NCBI GenBank assembly: GCA_963712585.1
Contig: CAVQIH010000012.1
Location: 36,692-100,691, forward strand
DNA length: 64,000 nucleotides
Origin: an uncultured Chloroflexia bacterium
Lineage (GTDB): Bacteria > Chloroflexota > Limnocylindria > Limnocylindrales > CSP1-4
Direction: 5' to 3'
Position 1 is the first letter of the stretch. Each line of letters starts with the position of its first letter. Below are positions 39,388 through 47,932 of this stretch, piece by piece. A model generated the notes under the pieces. That model was not told the origin of the DNA. It saw only the letters and a program-made list of their open reading frames with translations, and searched no databases. The position numbers and the translations under genes were made by a program.

Positions 39388-41412
39388 ATGGACCTCCACG
39401 TCATCGCGCCGCTCGCGTCCCCGGCGGAACGTGCCGCGGTGGACGCCGTGCTCGATCCGGAGATCGGGCCGGCGAGATCGCGCTGGTTCGGGGCTCCCCG
39501 CGACGCGAGCGCCGACGGGCGAGCCGCTCGCGGGGGCCACGGGGCCCGAGCGCGCCGCGACCTGCTCCTCCCCGCGTTGCTCGCCGTGCAGGGCCGGGCC
39601 GGCTGGATCAGCCAGCCAGCGCTCGGCTACATCTGCCGCCGGCTGACCGTTCCACCCGCCGAGGCGTATGGCGTGGCGACGTTCTACGCCCTCCTGTCGC
39701 TCGAGGAGCGACCACCAGTGGTGGCCCACGTCTGCGAGGATCTCGCCTGCCGCCTGGCGGGATCGGAGGCGATCTGCGCGGACCTCGAGCGAACCCTCGG
39801 GCCCGAGAACGCTCCGGCCCGCAATGGGACGGTGGCCTGGCGGCGGAGCCCGTGCCTGGGTCGGTGCGAGCGGGCCCCCGCCGCCCTGTACACGGTTGCC
39901 GGTGAGGAGCCCGAGATGGTAACCGCGGCGCCGGTCGATGCCGCGCTGGTCATCGGCGCCCTCGACGCGGCAGCCGCCGGGCAGCAGCTCGCTCCCGTGG
40001 GCGTGGCGACGGCTCCGACGCCAGAGCGCCTGGCCGAACTCCGGCGCTCGATTCCGCAAGCGGGCTCGGGGGACCTGCTCCTACTGGGCCGGATCGGCCT
40101 TGCCGACCCGCGAAGCCTCGCGGACTACCTGGCTCGGGGAGGCTATCGCGGCCTCCGGCGGGCCCTCGAGCTCGGCCCCGAGGCGGTCGTCGAGGAGGTC
40201 ACTGCGGCGGGCCTGCTCGGCCGCGGCGGGGCTGCCTTCCCGACCGGCCGCAAGTGGGCCGCGGTGGCCGCTGCCCCTGCCCGTCCCCACTACACGGTCT
40301 GCAACGCCGACGAGTCCGAGCCCGGCGCGTTCAAGGACCGCGCCCTCATGGAGGACGACCCGTTCGCGGTGGTAGAGGCCATGACGATCGCGGGCTTCGC
40401 CACCGGCTCCCAGCGCGGCTACCTCTACCTGCGCGCCGAATACCCGCCTTGCGCCGAGCGTCTGGCGAACGCCCTGACCCAGGCCCGGGAGGCCGGCTAC
40501 CTCGGGCCGGACATCCTGGGCTCCGGCTTCGCCTTCGACATCGAGCTCCGGCGCGGAGCCGGGGCCTACGTCTGCGGCGAGGAGACGGCCCTCTTCGAGT
40601 CGATCGAGGGGCGGCGCGGCGAGCCCCGCAACAAGCCGCCGTTTCCGGTCGACGTCGGCCTCTTCGGCAAGCCGACCGTGGTCAACAACATCGAGACGCT
40701 GGTCAACGTCCTTCCGATCGTGGCCGATGGTTCCGCCGCCTTCAGCCGCATCGGAACCGCCGGCTCGAGCGGCCCCAAGCTCTTCTGCCTCTCGGGCGAC
40801 GTCGCCCGCCCGGGCCTCTACGAGGTCCCCTTCGGGACGACCCTTCGGGAGCTCCTCGAGCTCGCCGGCGGGGTACGGGACGAGGACCCGGCCCACGTCC
40901 CTGCAACCGCGGGCACCAACGACGCGAGCGGTCCGGGCCCGCTGGAGGTGTCGATCCAGGCCGTCCTCATCGGCGGAGCTGCGGGCACGTTCGTGGGCCC
41001 CGAGAGCCTCGACCTGCCGCTCACCTTCGAGGCAACACGGGAGGCCGGGGTGTCGCTCGGGTCCGGCGTCGTGATGGTCTACGGCCGCAACGCGGACCTC
41101 GGCGAGGCACTTCGGCGCATCGCGGCGTTCTTCCGTGACGAATCGTGCGGCCAGTGCGTGCCCTGTCGGGTCGGCACCGTCCGCCAGGAGGAGCTCGTGG
41201 CTCGCGTCCTGGCTGGGCGCCCGAACGGCTCGCTCGAGGCCGAGCTGGCGCTCTTCCGGGACCTCGCCCAGGCGATGCGCGACGCCTCGATCTGCGGGCT
41301 TGGCCAGCTCGCCTCGATCGCCATCGCCTCCGCGTTCGAACAATTCGACGTTGTCCCGGGTCGGGGCGCAGCTTCGGATAGGCCCGCCTCCCCCTCGGGG
41401 ACGCCGCGATGA
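39388..41412 (+). CDS. NuoE-NuoF fusion: NAD(P)H-binding flavoprotein/diaphorase subunit of formate dehydrogenase (FdsGB-like)
   Basis: N-terminal NuoE 2Fe-2S motifs (HVCEDLACRLAG...RSPCLGRCERAPA). C-terminal NuoF: GRGGAAFPTGRKW, GAGAYVCGEETALFESIEGRRGEPRNKPPFP (FMN/NADH site), ESCGQCVPCRVG (4Fe-4S). Intact 674 aa. Confidence 0.85.
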   Translation: MDLHVIAPLASPAERAAVDAVLDPEIGPARSRWFGAPRDASADGRAARGGHGARARRDLLLPALLAVQGRAGWISQPALGYICRRLTVPPAEAYGVATFYALLSLEERPPVVAHVCEDLACRLAGSEAICADLERTLGPENAPARNGTVAWRRSPCLGRCERAPAALYTVAGEEPEMVTAAPVDAALVIGALDAAAAGQQLAPVGVATAPTPERLAELRRSIPQAGSGDLLLLGRIGLADPRSLADYLARGGYRGLRRALELGPEAVVEEVTAAGLLGRGGAAFPTGRKWAAVAAAPARPHYTVCNADESEPGAFKDRALMEDDPFAVVEAMTIAGFATGSQRGYLYLRAEYPPCAERLANALTQAREAGYLGPDILGSGFAFDIELRRGAGAYVCGEETALFESIEGRRGEPRNKPPFPVDVGLFGKPTVVNNIETLVNVLPIVADGSAAFSRIGTAGSSGPKLFCLSGDVARPGLYEVPFGTTLRELLELAGGVRDEDPAHVPATAGTNDASGPGPLEVSIQAVLIGGAAGTFVGPESLDLPLTFEATREAGVSLGSGVVMVYGRNADLGEALRRIAAFFRDESCGQCVPCRVGTVRQEELVARVLAGRPNGSLEAELALFRDLAQAMRDASICGLGQLASIAIASAFEQFDVVPGRGAASDRPASPSGTPR

Positions 41413-42419
41413 CGCTCGACCCGATCATCCTCGAGCCGCCGGCGCGACCGAGCCGGCCGCCCGAGGCGCCCGGGCAACCCGTCCGGCCCTTGGTGGAGCT
41501 CATGCTCGACGGACAGCCGGTCGCGGTGCCCGCAGGGTCGACGATCCTCGACGCGTGTCGGGCGGCTGGCCTCGACGTGCCGACGCTCTGCTTCCTCGAG
41601 ACGCTCACCCCGGTGAATGCCTGTCGCATCTGTGTCGTCGAGGTCGCCGGCGCTCGCGCGCTCGTGCCGGCCTGCTCGCGACCGGTGGAGCCCGGGATGG
41701 CCGTTTCCACCGACTCCGAGCGCGTCCGCCTGAGCCGGCGCCTCGTCCTCGAACTGCTGGGGTCCTCGGTCGACCTCTCGACCGCGCCCGAGGTCGCCGG
41801 CTATCTGGGCCGCTACGGCGCCGATCCGGGACGCTTCGGCCCACCGGGCCCGGCCATGGCCCCCGCTGAGCGCGACCGGCGCGAGGCCGGTCGCCATGGC
41901 CCCGTCGGCGGAGAGACGGCCGAGACGGTCGCCCAGCCAGTCAAGGTCGACAACGAGCTGTACGTCCGCGACTACGCCAAGTGCATCCTCTGCTACAAGT
42001 GCGTAGAGGCGTGCGGGGTCGATGCCCAGAACACGTTCGCCATCGCGGTGGCCGGGCGCGGCTTCGACGCCCACATCTCGACCGAGGCGGGCGTCCCGCT
42101 CCCCTCGTCGGCGTGCGTCTATTGCGGCAACTGCATCGGGGTCTGCCCGACGGGCGCCCTGATGTTCCGAAGCGAGCACGAGATGCGGGCCGCAGGTACC
42201 TGGAACGACGCCTCCCAGGCCCGGACCGACACGATCTGCCCGTACTGCGGCGTCGGCTGCGCGGTGACCGTGCACGTCCAGGACGACCGGATCGTCAAGG
42301 TCACCTCGCCCCAGGAGTCGTTCATCACCGGCGGCCACCTCTGCATCAAAGGCCGCTTCGGCTTCTCCTTCGTCCAGGAGCGTCCGCCCGAGACGACGGC
42401 CGAGGCCCAGCCAGGGTAG
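41409..42419 (+). CDS. NuoG-like Fe-S protein: the N-terminal electron-transfer half of an NAD-dependent FDH alpha subunit ([2Fe-2S], 2x[4Fe-4S], Mo-enzyme N-terminal [4Fe-4S]), as a separate polypeptide
   Basis: 2Fe-2S motif ..DVPTLCFLETLTPVNACRICVVEV... Ferredoxin motifs CILCYKCVEACG and CVYCGNCIGVCP. Then ICPYCGVGCAVTVHVQDDRIVKVTSPQESFITGGHLCIKGRFG matches the FdhF N-terminus VCPYCASGCKINLVVDNGKIVR...GTLCLKGYYG. Overlaps the NuoEF stop by 4 nt. Confidence 0.8.
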   Translation: MTLDPIILEPPARPSRPPEAPGQPVRPLVELMLDGQPVAVPAGSTILDACRAAGLDVPTLCFLETLTPVNACRICVVEVAGARALVPACSRPVEPGMAVSTDSERVRLSRRLVLELLGSSVDLSTAPEVAGYLGRYGADPGRFGPPGPAMAPAERDRREAGRHGPVGGETAETVAQPVKVDNELYVRDYAKCILCYKCVEACGVDAQNTFAIAVAGRGFDAHISTEAGVPLPSSACVYCGNCIGVCPTGALMFRSEHEMRAAGTWNDASQARTDTICPYCGVGCAVTVHVQDDRIVKVTSPQESFITGGHLCIKGRFGFSFVQERPPETTAEAQPG

Positions 42420-42504
42420 CCGGGACGCTCCGCAGATCCGCCGCGGACGCGGTTTGAGCGCACCGAGGGACCTCCGGGACGAAGGAGAACGCTGTCATGT
42501 CGCC

Positions 42505-42710
42505 CCGTGCAAGGGGCCGGCCCTCGTTTGCACCTGGTGCAAACAACGGCGGCGCCAGGCCGGCCAGCGCTCCCGGGTTTGCACCCCATGCAAGAAGATG
42601 GACCGAGCCACCGTGTCCGTGGCGGGTCTTGCACGGGCTGCTCAGGAACCGACGCCTTGGGCCCTCCTGAACCCGGGCCGGTGCTGTTGTGTGCACGGCG
42701 TGCAAAGCGA
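42505..42710 (+). repeat. array of five imperfect TGCA-core palindromes (GTGCAAGGGG / TTTGCACCTGGTGCAAAC / TTTGCACCCCATGCAAG / CTTGCACGGGCTGC / GTGCACGGCGTGCAAAG), spaced 20-50 bp apart, in the convergent intergenic region
   Basis: Read directly from the sequence. The motif TTGCAC-N(1-5)-(G/A)TGCAA recurs five times between the end of the fdh operon and the end of fdhD. A GGGCCGGCCC palindrome is also present at 42514-42523. Confidence 0.5.
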
Positions 42711-42770
42711 GTCTAGCCAGACGATCGCAGTGGAGGTCCGCCGCTCGGCACCCGGACCGCCGCGGGCGGC

Positions 42771-43649
42771 TCAGCCAGCCAGGTCGATGCGATCCGGACG
42801 GGTGTAGACGTTGAAGCCGTCGCCTCGCAGGAAGCCAACGAGCGTCATCCCCAGCCGCCCCGCGGTTTCCACCGCGAGGTCGCTCGGCGCCGAGACCGCA
42901 GCCAGGATGGGAACACCGGCCACGGCTGCCTTCTGGACCAGCTCGAAGCTGAGGCGACCCGAGACGAGCACGATCCGCTCGTGCAGCGGCAGCTCGCCCG
43001 CCAGGAGCGCCGCGCCGATCAGCTTGTCCAGGGCGTTATGGCGGCCGACGTCCTCGCGGACCGCCAGGAGCCGCCCACCCGGCTCGAAGAGCCCGGCCCC
43101 GTGGAGTCCGCCCGTCACCTCGAACACCGGCTGGGCCGCCCGCAGCATGCCTGGCATTCCTACGAGGGCCGCCCGTCCCACCGTCGGTCCGGGCGGCAGC
43201 GGCTCACAGCGCAGCACCACCTCGTCGATCGAGGCCTTGCCGCAGATGCCGCAGCTCGCGGTCGCCACGAAGTGCCGCTCCGCCACGGCCGAGGGGTCGA
43301 AGGCCGAGCGGAGCCGGACGGTCAGCTCGTTCTCGGGCCGGGCGAGCGTACCCGGGTCGCCGTACTCGAAGCCGCCGATCGCAGCACGCTCGATCAGGCC
43401 CTCGCTGAGGAGGAAGCCCGCGGCAAGCTCCTCGTCCGCGCCGGGGGTGCGCATCGTGACCGCCACGGCCGTCGGCGGCTGGCCCGGCCCGGCGGCCCGG
43501 ATCTCAAGCGGCTCCTCGCCGACCAGCCGGTCGATCACCTCGTCGATCGCCGGGCCGCGGACCCGCAGGGTCGGCCGCACCCCCACATCGTGCTCCGGAC
43601 CGGTCCCGACCCCACTCGAGGCCGCCTGGGCTCCTCGTGCCTGGCTCAT
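42771..43649 (-). CDS. fdhD: formate dehydrogenase accessory sulfurtransferase FdhD
   Basis: Conserved ..ATASCGICGKASIDEV.. active-site Cys loop and ..REDVGRHNALDKLIGAAL... Confidence 0.85.
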   Translation of the reverse strand: MSQARGAQAASSGVGTGPEHDVGVRPTLRVRGPAIDEVIDRLVGEEPLEIRAAGPGQPPTAVAVTMRTPGADEELAAGFLLSEGLIERAAIGGFEYGDPGTLARPENELTVRLRSAFDPSAVAERHFVATASCGICGKASIDEVVLRCEPLPPGPTVGRAALVGMPGMLRAAQPVFEVTGGLHGAGLFEPGGRLLAVREDVGRHNALDKLIGAALLAGELPLHERIVLVSGRLSFELVQKAAVAGVPILAAVSAPSDLAVETAGRLGMTLVGFLRGDGFNVYTRPDRIDLAG

Positions 43650-43785
43650 CCGGGTCCACCTCGCGGCGCCGGCTCGCGTTTCCCGAGCCGTCCGGCCAGT
43701 CTAGCTTGGGCCCCCATTCCGCCCGCTCCGGGAGCATCATGGAGACGGCCCGGAACCACCATCAGGAGACCATGCGTGGATCCCA

Positions 43786-44948
43786 AGACGATCGCCCGTG
43801 CTCGCATCGAGGAGGCGCGCCCCGCGCTCATCGAGATCAGCCATCGGATCCACGCCCATCCTGAGCTCGGCTTCGAGGAGATCGAGGCGAGCCGGCTCCT
43901 GGCCGGGACGCTCGAAGGAGCGGGCTTCGCGGTCGAGCAGGGAGTCGGCGATCTGCCGACGGCCTTCGCTGCCCGCTCCGGACCGGGTCCGCTGAGGGTG
44001 GCAGTCTGCGCCGAATACGACGCCTTGCCGGAGGTCGGCCACGCCTGCGGCCACAACATCATCGCGGCCGCCGCGGTGGGCGCCGGCCTGGGGCTCGCCG
44101 CGGTCGCACCCGAGGTCGGCCTCGAGATCGACGTCATCGGGACGCCGTCCGAGGAGGGCGGTGGCGGGAAGATCCTCCTTCTCGAGCGGGGGGCCTTCGC
44201 GGGGGTCCACGCGGCGATGATGGTCCACCCGTTCCCCTTCGAGGCCGCGGAGTCGCCGATCATCGCTGCCTCGCATTTCGAAGTCCGGTACCTGGGCCGC
44301 GAGGCCCACGCGGCGGCCTACCCCGAGCGCGGGCTGAACGCCGGGGATGCCCTCGTCGTCGCCCAGACGGCGATCGCGCTGCTGCGCCAGCAGCTCCCCG
44401 CCGCCGCCCGAGTCCACGGGATCGTCACGCGGGGCGGCGCGGCCATGAATATCATCCCGGCCGACACCGCGGCAGAGTACATGGTCCGCAGCACGACCCT
44501 CGCGGAGCTCAACGACGTGAAAGCTCGCGTCCTTCGCTGCTTCGAGGCGGGGGCCGTGGCGACCGGCTGCCAGGTGGCGATCCGGGACATCGGCCCGCCC
44601 TACGCCGAGATGCGCCCCGATCCGGACCTGCTGGCCGCCTATGCGGCCAATGCCCGGACCCTGGGGCGGCGGCTCTGGCCCGACGGCGACGGACCCGCGC
44701 CCTCGCCGGTCTCGACCGACATGGGCAACGTCTCACTGGTGATCCCCGCAATCCATCCCGCGCTGTCGATCGACTCCTACCCCGCCGTCAACCACCAGCC
44801 GGGATTTACCGCCGCCTGTGTCACAGATGCCGCGGATCAGGCGGTCGTCGATGGCGCGATCGCAATGGCCTGGACTGCCATCGACGCGGCGACCGACGAG
44901 CGCCTCCGGGCACGCCTGCTGGACGCAACCGAGCGCCGCCCTTCCTGA
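43786..44948 (+). CDS. M20-family amidohydrolase (M20D, aminoacylase/hippurate hydrolase-like)
   Basis: RBS aggagac, then GTG. ..HRIHAHPELGFEE...AVCAEYDALPEVGHACGHNIIAAAAVGAGL...GTPSEEGGGGKILLL.. metal-binding motifs. Confidence 0.75.
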
Positions 44949-45020
44949 TCGAGGGCGCGGAGCCGCCTTTCATCGCCGGCCACGGCCAGCTGCGCGATAC
45001 TTGGGGGCGGAGGCGCACCC

Positions 45021-45740
45021 TTGACTTCCCCCCGCGACCTGAGCTCCGCGCTCGCCGACCGCCTGATCACCCCGCACGAGGCCGCCGACCTCATCGCCCA
45101 CCTGGGTTTCGAGCTCGTGCACGGCGACCGGCCCGACGGCCCGGGCGGGGCGAACCTCCTGGTCGCCCTCCGCGCGAAACCGACGCTCGTTCATTTCGAT
45201 CCCGAGACGATCTCGTACTGGACGTTCACCGACGGCCACGGTCGGCTGGAGCAACTCGATCGGGCGACACACCTGCCGCTCGAGCGCGCCTTCTCCTGGG
45301 GCCAGATCCGAATCGTCGATCGGCTCGGGGTCTCCAACGTCTTCCTCGGTTTCGGGGGCGCCCTACATGCCGAGGCGGTAAACGCGAACACTACGGTCGC
45401 GGTCTTCGCGACACCCGCGCCCATCTTCCGCGCCGGTGGCCATAGCCAGGAATCCGATCTCCGAGCACTCGAGGTCGGGGCGTTCTTCGCGCGGGTCAAG
45501 ATCCCGATCGACTTCCAGGCCGGCGTGGAGAGCTCCGTCGGTCAGGTGACTCCGTTGGCGCTCTACGCGACCGCGATCGGCGACCTCCGCGCACGTCTCG
45601 GGGCATCCGAGGCCCTCCGCGAGACCCGGCCCGAGGTGAACCAGTGGAGCCGCCGCGAGGCGCTCCGGCTGCAGGCGACTGCTCCCGAAGAGTGGCGCGC
45701 CGGCGCGGCACTGCTGCATAAGCTCGGGCTCAGCACCTGA
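45021..45740 (+). CDS. hypothetical protein (TTG start)
   Basis: 239-aa uninterrupted ORF with balanced composition. No recognisable family. Confidence 0.35.
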   Translation: MTSPRDLSSALADRLITPHEAADLIAHLGFELVHGDRPDGPGGANLLVALRAKPTLVHFDPETISYWTFTDGHGRLEQLDRATHLPLERAFSWGQIRIVDRLGVSNVFLGFGGALHAEAVNANTTVAVFATPAPIFRAGGHSQESDLRALEVGAFFARVKIPIDFQAGVESSVGQVTPLALYATAIGDLRARLGASEALRETRPEVNQWSRREALRLQATAPEEWRAGAALLHKLGLST

Positions 45741-45806
45741 GCGCTCGCAGATGAGGAGGCCGCGTGCGCTCAGGTGGCGCCGCGCAGCGCGGCCGACCGC
45801 GGCGAA

Positions 45807-46178
45807 TCAGTACGAAGTCGACCGGCGGCTGGCGAAGCAGTCGTTGCAGTAGACCGGCTTGCCGCTCGTCGGCCGGAACGGCACCTGGGCTTCGCGGCCG
45901 CAGGACGAGCAGGTGGCGGTGAACATCTCGCGCGGGCCGCGCGAGCCACCGTTGGAGCCACCGCCGCGTGAGCCGTAGCCACCCCCGCCGTCCCCGTAGC
46001 CGCCTCCCGCGGCGCTGTAGCCGCCCGAGTCGCCACGGGCGGCCTTGCGGCTGGATCGGCAGGAGCTGCAGCGACGCGGCTCGGTGAAGCCACGGCTGGC
46101 GAAGAACTCCTGCTCGCCCGCGGTGAAGGTGAACTCCTGCCCGCAGTCCGCGCAGGTCAGAGTTCGGTCCGTATACAA
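45807..46178 (-). CDS. double zinc-ribbon (CxxC...CxxC x2) small protein with Gly/Arg/Tyr-rich linker; possible nucleic-acid-binding protein (copy 1)
   Basis: (M)YTDRTLTCADCGQEFTFTAGEQEFFASRGFTEPRRCSSCR...GGYGDGGGGYGSRGGG...REMFTATCSSCGREAQVPFRPTSGKPVYCNDCFASRR. SD GAGGAG 8 nt before a TTG start. Confidence 0.6.
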   Translation of the reverse strand: MYTDRTLTCADCGQEFTFTAGEQEFFASRGFTEPRRCSSCRSSRKAARGDSGGYSAAGGGYGDGGGGYGSRGGGSNGGSRGPREMFTATCSSCGREAQVPFRPTSGKPVYCNDCFASRRSTSY

Positions 46179-46260
46179 GGAGATCACTCCTCTCGTGCGC
46201 GGCGTCCGCGACTCGTTCTCGCGGAAGCCGTGAGAGGAGCGATCGTGTTGCCGTGCAGGT
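46179..46260 (-). promoter_or_regulatory. conserved structured 5' leader of the zinc-ribbon gene: CUCCUCUC anti-SD pairs with the GAGAGGAG SD region, plus an inner hairpin UCCGCGA-GAACGAG-UCGCGGA
   Basis: RNA reading ..GCUCCUCUCACGGCUUCCGCGAGAACGAGUCGCGGACGCCGCGCACGAGAGGAGUGAUCUCCUUG. A second copy (46805-46890) has the same pairings, with a compensatory change in the inner loop and an extended inner stem. Confidence 0.45.
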
Positions 46261-46454
46261 CTGGCCCCGGCGTTCCGGGCGTTGTCGGCGGGGATGCTAC
46301 CGGAACGGATCGCGAATGGGAAGATGGGATTTGAATGACAACTGATCAGGCCCCGGGAGCTGTGCCCGGGGCCTGATCAGTTCGCGTCCTTGGTGGGCCG
46401 CCGGCGCCCGGATCGCGGCATCCTCACCGCGGGTCCGAGCCCAGCCGCCAGGCC

Positions 46455-46804
46455 TTAGTACGCCGTGGCGCGCCGGCTGGCGAAGCAGTCGTTGCAGTAG
46501 ACCGGCTTGCCGCTCGTCGGCCGGAACGGCACCTGGGCCTCGCGGCCGCAGCTGGAGCAGGTGGCGGTGAACATCTCGCGCGGGCCGCGCGAGCCACCGC
46601 TGTAGCCACCGCCGGCGCGCCGTAGCCGCCCGAGCTGGCGCCGTAGCCGCCGCAGTCGCCACGGGCCGCCTTGCGGCTCGCGCGGCACGACGTGCAGCGA
46701 CGCGGCTCGGTGAACTGGCGGCTGGCGTAGAACTCCTGCTCGCTCGCCGTGAAGACGAACTCCTGGCCGCAGTCGGCACAGGTCAGGGTCTTGTCCGTAT
46801 ACAA
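46455..46804 (-). pseudogene. double zinc-ribbon / Gly-rich small protein, tandem paralog (copy 2) with apparent frameshift(s) in the Gly-rich linker
   Basis: (M)YTDKTLTCADCGQEFVFTASEQEFYASRQFTEPRRCTSCRASRKAARGD.GGYGA.. | ..GGYSGGSRGPREMFTATCSSCGREAQVPFRPTSGKPVYCNDCFASRRATAY. About 85% DNA identity to copy 1 including the leader. Confidence 0.5.
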
Positions 46805-47003
46805 CGAAGAACACTCCTTCTCGTGCCGGCTTCCGCGACCTGGTCTCGCGGAAGCCGTGAGAGGAGCGTCGTGTGCGCCGTGCAATCTCTGATGCCCGCT
46901 CTGCGGGTGCAATCGACTCTACCCGAAAGGAGCCGTCGAAGGCAATAGCCCTGCGGCGCCGTCTGTCATGGCCGGTTGGGGAGCTACCGTCGGTCGATGA
47001 CGA

Positions 47004-47852
47004 TCACCTGGGCGGGCCCCGGCGGATCCTCGCGCGCATGTCGTCGAGCGCGCCCCGCATGCCGTGGATCGCCTCGAGCCACCAGGTGGCGCCCGCCGCG
47101 GCATAGGCAGCCGGATCGCCGGATCCGGAGGCGTCACCGCCGGAGGTCTCGCCCCCGACGACCACCTCGAAGGGCCGATCGCTCTGCCGCAGGCCGGCGA
47201 TCAGGGCGCCCATCTCCCGGATCTCGTCGGGGCTGAGCATCCAATCCTCGGGCCCCACCGATCCGGCGCGGAGCGGGAAGACGCCGTCCCAGCGCGCGGC
47301 GCGCCGGAAGGGCGCCTGGCGCGGCCATCCGCCGGCCACCCAGATCGGAATCCGCGGGCGCTGGACCGGCCGAGGCACGAAGGTCGTCTCGTGGACTTGG
47401 AAATGCGTGCCCATGAAGCCGAACGGCTCGCCCGACCAGAGCCCGTCGATGATCGCCAGCGCCTCGTCCAACTTCGCCGCCCTGACTCGGCGGTCGGCGT
47501 CCTCGCCGAACTGGCTGAAGTCGGTGGGTGGCTCGCCGAGCCCGACACCGAGAACGAACCGGCCGTTCGACAGCACGTCGAGCGAGGCCGCCTGGCGGGC
47601 CACGATCCAGGGGCGCTGGCGGGCCGGTGGCGTGACCAGGGGTCCGAACACGAGCCGTTCCGTAGCGGTGGCGATGGCTGTCAGGGCGATCCAGGGGTCG
47701 ACGATCGGGACCGCCCAGGCGGGATCGAAGACAACGGTGTCCCAGATGAAGAAGCCGTCCCAACCGGCCTCCTCCGACTCACGGGCGAGGGTGGCCAGCG
47801 TGGCCGCGTCGCCGTACTCGCCGAAGTTCGGGGCGTAGATCCCGTAACGCAT
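47004..47852 (-). CDS. LLM-class (luciferase-like monooxygenase) F420-dependent oxidoreductase
   Basis: RBS gggagg. MRYGIYAPNFGEYGD...GWDGFFIWD...GRFVLGVGLGE.. is typical of the LLM F420 family. Confidence 0.7.
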   Translation of the reverse strand: MRYGIYAPNFGEYGDAATLATLARESEEAGWDGFFIWDTVVFDPAWAVPIVDPWIALTAIATATERLVFGPLVTPPARQRPWIVARQAASLDVLSNGRFVLGVGLGEPPTDFSQFGEDADRRVRAAKLDEALAIIDGLWSGEPFGFMGTHFQVHETTFVPRPVQRPRIPIWVAGGWPRQAPFRRAARWDGVFPLRAGSVGPEDWMLSPDEIREMGALIAGLRQSDRPFEVVVGGETSGGDASGSGDPAAYAAAGATWWLEAIHGMRGALDDMRARIRRGPPR

Positions 47853-47932
47853 GGAGCCTCCCGGCGGGGTCAACGGGACGCGTCGACACGTCCCATGATG
47901 CCAGCCCCGGGCGGACGCCATACCATGAACCG

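Noticed and set aside
42505-42710. Possible CRISPR array
   Set aside because: The repeats are short (13-18 bp), imperfect and palindromic, with irregular 20-50 bp spacing, and no cas genes are nearby. Not CRISPR-like.
42454-42807. Cys-rich 117-aa ORF (CHVAPCKGPALVCTWCKQ...RCCCVHG) and overlapping 69-aa ORF
   Set aside because: The Cys codons (TGC) come from the repeated TGCA palindromes. No RBS or start context. Treated as a DNA or RNA repeat feature, not a peptide.
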